Below, piece after piece: positions 57,701-64,000 of a stretch of DNA of 64,000 nucleotides. Position 1 is the first letter of the stretch. Every line of letters starts with the position of its first letter. This DNA comes from Vitrella brassicaformis CCMP3155 (taxonomy: Eukaryota; Protista; Chromerida), in assembly GCA_001179505.1 (NCBI GenBank), contig CDMY01000878.1, forward strand, positions 1 to 64,000. Reading direction: 5' to 3'. The notes below the pieces were generated by a model. It saw only the letters and a list, made by a program, of their open reading frames with translations. It made no database searches and was not told where the DNA came from. A program made the translations under genes and the position numbers.

Positions 57701-60700
57701 CAGGAAGTCATTCCCGGGGTAGTCATCATCGTAGTCAGCACTGACGTAGAAGTCGCTGGCGCTGCCTGTCGTAATGTCGTACTTCACAGTCCGGTTGTTG
57801 GCCGAGTCGGAGATGAAGAGCACGGAGTTCGCAACGTCGATCGCCAAACGACTCGGCGTGTTCAGCTCAAAAGACGTCCCCGGTCCAGCTGACCCATATC
57901 CGGCGGTCCCAGTGCCGACGACTCGCTGTATCTTGCCCGATGCCTTCTCAACGTACAGGATGCGGTGGCTGCCCGTGTCGGCGATGTACATGTTGCCGTC
58001 TCCGTCCTCCACGGCGTCTTCGGGGCTCGACAGCTGAAAGGCTGTGGCAAACGTTCCGTCAGTGGTGCCGCCTCCCCCGCCAGCCACGGTGCGGATGGTG
58101 GCGGCTGACATAGAGTAGTGCCCACGTGGGCTGAGGCTGCCTTCCGGGCTCTCCTCCGGAGGACAGGCGCTGGACATGTCAATCAGTGGCGCTGCGCTGG
58201 ACGATCGGTTCGTGCAGATGTGGCCGGCGTGGCAATAGCCTGAGGGAGCCGGGAGCCTGAACACCGAGCACGATGGGGACAATGGTGTGTGTGTGTGTGA
58301 GTGCATGTGTGTACCTCTGTTGTCCGCAGTACTGGCCTTCGGGACAGTCGGTCGGCAACGAAGAGCTCTGGAGGCAGTATTCGCCGAAGCCGCAGTAGTT
58401 GTTGAGCGGGCGAGGCGTGATCGACTGGCTTGGGCTGTTGGGGGGACAGAAGTAGCCAGCGTCACACGGGCCCGTCACATCCGTCTTGCCAGGGACCTCA
58501 CAATAGTAACCTACCATCAGGTACAAGGAAACACACGCACACACCATCAGCTCACTGATTTAAACGCTGTGTGTCTCTGCAGGTGACGTGTGTGCGGCGC
58601 GCGTAGTCACCGGGGTCGCAGTCCGTGCAGTCAGCTGAGCTTTCTGCGCTCCCGGATGTGTTGAAGGTGCCGACGGGGCACGGGTATTGCTGCCGAGAGA
58701 AAGATGCAGATACCACAGACAGGCAGATAAACAAACGGACAGATGCCGCTCTATTGAGCTTTTGTTCGTGGCCCACAAGTACGCACGTTGTCATATTCCG
58801 TGTTTGCGGGGCAGTAAAATCCAGGCTGCATATTAATGATCGAGAACATGAGACACAAACACGTAAGGCACCCTTGATCCTGTGCATCCACGACTTACGG
58901 GGCACGGCGTCAGGCTGTCTGCCCCTCGATCGCAGTAGCTGCCTGCACAGCACAGCACAGCACAGCACACGAGTGGCCGGCCAGCCGTGTCTCAGGCAGC
59001 GCATGTGTGCTGTATGCCTTTCGCGTCAATGCATACCCGCCTCGCATGGGTCGCATGTTGAACTGCCGGAGGCCGTTTGGTATGTCCCTGGCTCACACGG
59101 CACTGCCTCGTAGCTCTGCACGGCGCAGAAGGTTCCCGCCGGCTGCATGTAGCACAGACAGCGTGAGACAGTCCACCTCCGAATGACTGACGTTCATGTG
59201 ACCATCCGTACACATGTGTTTTCCGTTGCGCTCGTGCTGTTTGGGCCGCAGAAGTGACCTGCGTATACGAGAGGCATGACCTGATTTGCATGATTGATTG
59301 GCACAGTACCTGCGTTGCACGGGCCTGTGGGTTCAGCCAGTCCGGTTGAGTCACAGTAGAAGCCGGGTGTGCATGGGAGGCAGTCGGTCGCATTCTCGTT
59401 GCCCCTGGCCGGATTGAACTCTCCCTCCAGACACTCCTCCACCGACAGGGCGTTTTCCGGACACCACGTGCCAGGCTGCATGCGTCAGGTTACGTATGCA
59501 TTGACGGATCCCAAGACACAGGACTGTGTTGACACGTGTGCGTTCCTGCTCACCCCGCAAAGTTTGCTCTCTTGTGTCTTGTATTTAGTGGGATCGCTGG
59601 CGTTTTGGTTGCAAAAGTAGCCTGCGTGGCAGTCCCCGGTAGGCGCGGCCAGGCCGTGAGCGCCGCAGTAGCTGCCGTCTGGACAGGGCGTCTCACTGCT
59701 GCTCCCCCCTGGACAGATGTGACCCTGCACGTGCAGAGAGAGAGAGAGAGAGAGACCAAAGATAATGTCCATATATGAGGCTGTGGATTTGTCTGCCGAC
59801 CGACCGGTGTGCATCTGCCGCCCCCTCCCCGTATCTTCCTCAAGAAGTAGGGGAGGGCCTCTGAGTTGGATATGTCGACGTCACGCCCCACCCAATCGCT
59901 CGTCAGCGACAGACTGCCGCACCTCGGCGACCAAGCAGTGGGGCCCGATACCACGATCCCGATACAGTTTGAATCAAGGTTGCAGTAAGTCTCGGCCCCT
60001 CCTTGTGTGCCGTAGGTCACGCCCGAACCACATGGCGTGATGTCCTCGCCGGGAACCTCAACGGCGTAGTCGGTGCCTGACAGCCAGCGCAACAGGAAGT
60101 GCAGGCCTCGAGTGTTGATGCTTTAACAACGGGTGGTTGCTCACGTGGTAGGACAGGGTTGGGATCCACCGATGCTCCAGTGCAGTAAAAGCCCTCAGCG
60201 CAGTCGCCGGTCGGCTCCTCGAGCCCCCGCAGAGCGCAGTACTTGCCCGGGTCACACTCGATGCATGAATGCCACGTTTCCTGGCTGGTCAGGTTGTTGT
60301 AGGTGCCTGGCGGACAGGGGAACTGCGTCGCACTAGCCGTCTACACATACACACGTGGGAGAAGCCAATTGAGGCACATGATCTGCCACAAACAGCTGGC
60401 TGGGAACACACAAACCTTGTTAGGACAGAAATGACCTGCACATACACACGACACACAACACACAACACACAACACACAACACACAACATGCAGTCGCACG
60501 GGAGATAGCTGGCTGACTGTCTCACCTGCCGGGCAGTCTAGTGGGTCGATGGACGCGAGTGGGCAGTACTTGCCTCCGCCGGGACAGTCGTTGCAGAAGC
60601 CCATGCCGGCTGTGTCCTGGTATGTGCCCTCCTCACATGGGATGGGGAAGGCGCTGCCCGCCGGACACTTGTAGCCCGCAGTGCACTCGTACGCGGCCGG

Positions 60701-63700
60701 CTGCACTTGTGCACATACATAGATGAGTCACCAGCACATAGACACTGCCTGCTGCGGGCTTACAGATGATTCGTTTGTCCCCGCTGGGCAGTAGTACCCC
60801 TCACCGCACAGGTGGACTGCACACATTTTCAGAAAGGAAATGTAGGCTGAGCGTAGAACGCCGTGATTTGGGCACTACCTGCATCAGTCTGATTGGTCTC
60901 ATTGCAGAACCTGACACAGAGCGCCGATCAGCAGGTGCCATTAACGTGAGAAGTGTATGCCTCCTCGGTTTGGACCTCACCTTCCCGGCGTGCAAGGGAG
61001 GCATGAGGAGCTGATTCAGAGAAAGGCAAGACATATCGGCACATATCAGGCTGTATTGTCGCGTCAGTGTGTCTTCTGCCTCGCTTGCCTGTCAACTCCC
61101 CTCTCTGAGGGGTTGAATGTGCCGATCGGGCATGGGTCTGGGACACTCGTCCCATTCTCGCAGTAGAATCCAGCTGGGCACGGGCCGCCTGTGGCCGTGG
61201 TCGTCTATACCGTCACCAATGAGATACATGACACCGAATACACATCAAGACACACGGGCACTGCTGATGTACCTGTGGGGCAACCTCTGCCGATCCCAGG
61301 TTGATTGACGCTACGCAGAAGTAGCCCGCTGAGCACTGACAGCCGCACAGTGGGACGAAACAAAAGTGAAAGGTGACTTGAGTGAAAAAGCCGTCTGTCT
61401 TACGCTTCGCCCCGTTTCATTCATGCCGTATTGCTCACACGCCGTTCCTGTGCGCATCAGAGGCAGACCATAGATGAGAGTGGCTATAGGTCTCGCTGTC
61501 GGCTCCCGTACCGTCGTCACATGGCGTGCAGTCTGTTGCTGTGCTCAGCTGCGAAGCGTTGCCATAGGTGCCTGGCGGGCAGGGCTGGTAGGAGGTGGAG
61601 CCCACTTGGCAGAAGCTGCCCTGTGGACACTCGTAACCGACGACGTCCGACATGCCCTGGTCGGGACAGTAGTACCCCGCTGGACACGTCGTGCAACTCC
61701 CTTGGCCCGTCTGTTCCACACGGCAGGCACCCAGACAACAATGAATTGGTCGTGTGGCACATGCGATTCTGGCCTCGGTCTGTCGTGGCTGACAAGGTCG
61801 TTGTATGTGCCGATAGGGCATGGGACTTGATTGGATGACCCAGCAGGGGCGTAGTACCCCTCGTCAGCCGTCATGTTGGTCGAATTGGTGGGCGTCTTGC
61901 CATATGGATCGATCGCACCGCCCGGGCAGTAAAAGCCCTCTGATGAAACAGGCACGAATCAGACACATGTCTCGCTGCAGCTGTCTGTGTGTCTGACCGA
62001 CTCACCTTCACAAGGCTGTGAGGCCGTCGCTGCGCCAACGCCATCGCAATAGAATCCCGGCCTGAAGGGTTCAGCAACAATCAGAGGGCAGGGTAGTGGT
62101 TCTTTCTGCTTCTTTCCAGCGGCAGCCAGTGACACCGACTCACGGGCATGTAATGCATGAAGAGTTGTCTACACCAAGAATCCACACAAAGCCGTTCACG
62201 AAGTGAATGCGAGAAGACACTGCATCTGTGTGAGTGGCAACAGCTCACCTTTAGCGCCCTCGAAGGGATTGTAGAAGCCCTCTCTGACACACACAACGTT
62301 GACAACCATCCCTTGAACACCCTCCTCGGCCTTTTGTGTATGTGTGATTACGAGCATGCGGTCGGCTCGCTGGACCCGGCAGGGCAGAAGCCGCCCACAG
62401 AGCAGATGTTGCCAGTGATATTGTCTCGTGGGGCGGGAGACACGGCCCGGCCAGCGCAGTAGAAGCCAGGATCGCAGTCGCCTTTTGGGGCCGTCAGACC
62501 GTAGTGATCACAGTACATCCCCTCCTGGCCAATCAGCATCCATCCATTCATCCAAGTACCATCATCCTTTTCGTCTCGTCTCACTGTGCAGTTGGTGCAG
62601 TCGGACGCCTGTGTCAAGCCCATCGTGTCGCTGCAGCAGAACACACCGCGTCAGTGGATGGCCTGTCTTTAAGTTTCGTCTCACCCAAATGTGCCCGGTT
62701 CGCACGGCGACGGGTTGTCAGTGCCATCGGGACACCAATAGCCGTAGGGACACGCTTCATGGTCCGTGCTGGCCAGGTTACAGAAGGAGCCGGCTGGGCA
62801 TGAGGCGCAATCTTGAGCGCTTGTCGCCGCCGGCGCATTGCGAAAAGTCCTGGAAGAAAAAGGCCACAGCAATGAGAGAAAAGGGCCTGTGTTTCTGCCA
62901 TGCACCCACCCACCCAGGAGGACATGGCTCTTGCGTCGACGAGAAGGAGCCCTGTACGCATCCGTTCATGAATGGTGCATGTATGTATGCCTCGACATGT
63001 TTGGGTGAGCGTGAGTACTCACCTCCGGGCAGAAGTATCCCGCGGCGCATTCACCGGTTTTGGGAGAGCCCTCGTTAGAGGCTATTGTGGCAGCTTGTGA
63101 GTACCTGCCGGCGGGCATGGCTTTGCAGTCACTCAGCGCCTCCTTCTGGTAATCGTCATTGTACGTCCCTGTTGCAAAGACGCATACTCGGGCACGAATG
63201 TGTCAGTGTAGTGTGATGGAGCCGACCAGCAGGGCATGGTGTGGGGTCGATAGATCCCCGAGGACAGTAGTGGCCTCGCGTGCATCGGCGATCTACGGGG
63301 GTCTGGGCTGGGACCGTGTCTGTGATAGAGGGAAAGACAGACCGATGCGGCGAAATCTTCCACACCTGACACTTAGCCTCACCTATGCCGTCTTCGGCAC
63401 AGAAGAAGCCCGCGGGGCATTCGTTAGCAAGCATCTGGACCTCAGTCGTAGCCGTCGCATCGCAGTAGTGGCCCTAAGGTGCAACCAACACACACGCGAA
63501 CATAGCACTTGCACTTGTGTGCTTGTGATTTGTTCATGTGCACCTTTGGGCACGGTGTGCACGCATTTTTTCCCTCTGACGAGTACTCGCCCTCTAAGCA
63601 ATCTGTGAAACTGCACACAAGAAAACGCAATGAAGGGCATGCAAAGGCCTCTTCTTGCAGTCTCCTTACTTGCCGTTGGTGCAAGAATACCCCGCCGGGC

Positions 63701-64000
63701 AGATGATGCAGAAAGGAAACGCAAGGCCAGGACCTGGGACACACACACCATGTGTGAAAGCTCAGTCTTGATACGAAGGAATCGCGCGATTACCTCTTGC
63801 CTCAAAGTTGGTGTCGTTGGAGTAGGATCCCTCGGGACACTTCGTCTCTGCTTCTGCGGCCTCGGGGCAGTAGTTGGTTGCCGTGCATTCTTCGCAGTCC
63901 GAGAATGCAGACTGACCGGTCTGGTCGTTGTAGGTGCCCGCAGGACAGGGATACTCAGTCGCGCTACATCGCACAATCACCCAGAGACACACAGAGAAAT
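42710..64000 (-). CDS. 3' part (5' end outside window) of a giant type-I membrane protein: dozens of GCC2/GCC3 (ephrin-receptor-like) Cys repeats, an NHL-repeat block, a discoidin/F5-8-like domain, a conserved juxtamembrane domain, a TM region and a very long coiled-coil cytoplasmic tail
   Basis: Recurrent CPxGxYCPxGSxxPxPCPxGTY..xCxxCPAGxYC..G(L)xxPxGxCxAGYYC motifs over ~51000-64000. NHL motifs YIADTGSHRI, FISDSANNR, YLANTGRHEV, YIADKGNHK, LVADTLNSRIR (~56680-58090). NPSNAVDTDLDSYW..ANVVRLEITS..IRIFDFKLWG (~55790-56370). TM region WWLLLGTIAAITG..LVFLVIAGLWWF (~49170-49340). E/K/Q/A-rich exons at 42710-48900; stop at 42710. Confidence 0.9.

Noticed and set aside
1-64000. CRISPR arrays, rRNA/tRNA genes, transposase or reverse-transcriptase ORFs
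   Set aside because: No repeat-spacer periodicity, cloverleaf/rRNA signature or DDE/RT motif was recognised. Short periodic sequences are simple microsatellites in introns. tRNAscan-SE and Infernal could not be run.
42710-64000. Calling the giant Cys-repeat gene a CRMP (cysteine-repeat modular protein) orthologue
   Set aside because: CRMPs have a multipass C-terminal membrane domain. Here I see only a single TM region followed by a long coiled coil.

Overview
This is intron-rich eukaryotic nuclear DNA. It is GC-rich, with short GT-AG introns full of (TG)n, (CTGT)n, (GATG)n and (CTGC)n microsatellites. The gene content (PAN/Apple proteins, a RAP protein, a giant GCC2/GCC3-repeat protein, bipartite plastid-targeting leaders) points to a photosynthetic alveolate, most likely a chromerid such as Vitrella. 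That assignment is inference, not a database result. By splicing exons by hand I can support about 12 genes: (1) a small single-pass membrane protein with an overlapping PSAP/PPxY motif; (2) a multi-PAN/Apple ectodomain protein fused to an XK-like multipass membrane domain; (3) a TPK/KCO-type two-pore K+ channel with EF-hands; (4,5) two unknown paralogues arranged head-to-head with only 85 bp between start codons; (6,7) a tandem F-box/LRR-like pair, one copy having lost its F-box; (8) a C-factor-like SDR; (9) RecG helicase; (10) a very large helical-repeat RAP-domain protein; (11) an atypical NAD(P)-binding SDR; (12) a coiled-coil/polyproline protein. The window ends in the 3' 21 kb of a giant Cys-repeat type-I membrane protein that runs out of the window. 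Two ~50-bp non-coding blocks recur near-identically upstream of unrelated genes 20 kb apart. I recognised no rRNA, tRNA, CRISPR array or transposase/RT ORF. Three 300-N gaps are assembly placeholders. Exon boundaries were checked by eye for some genes only, and no searches could be run.
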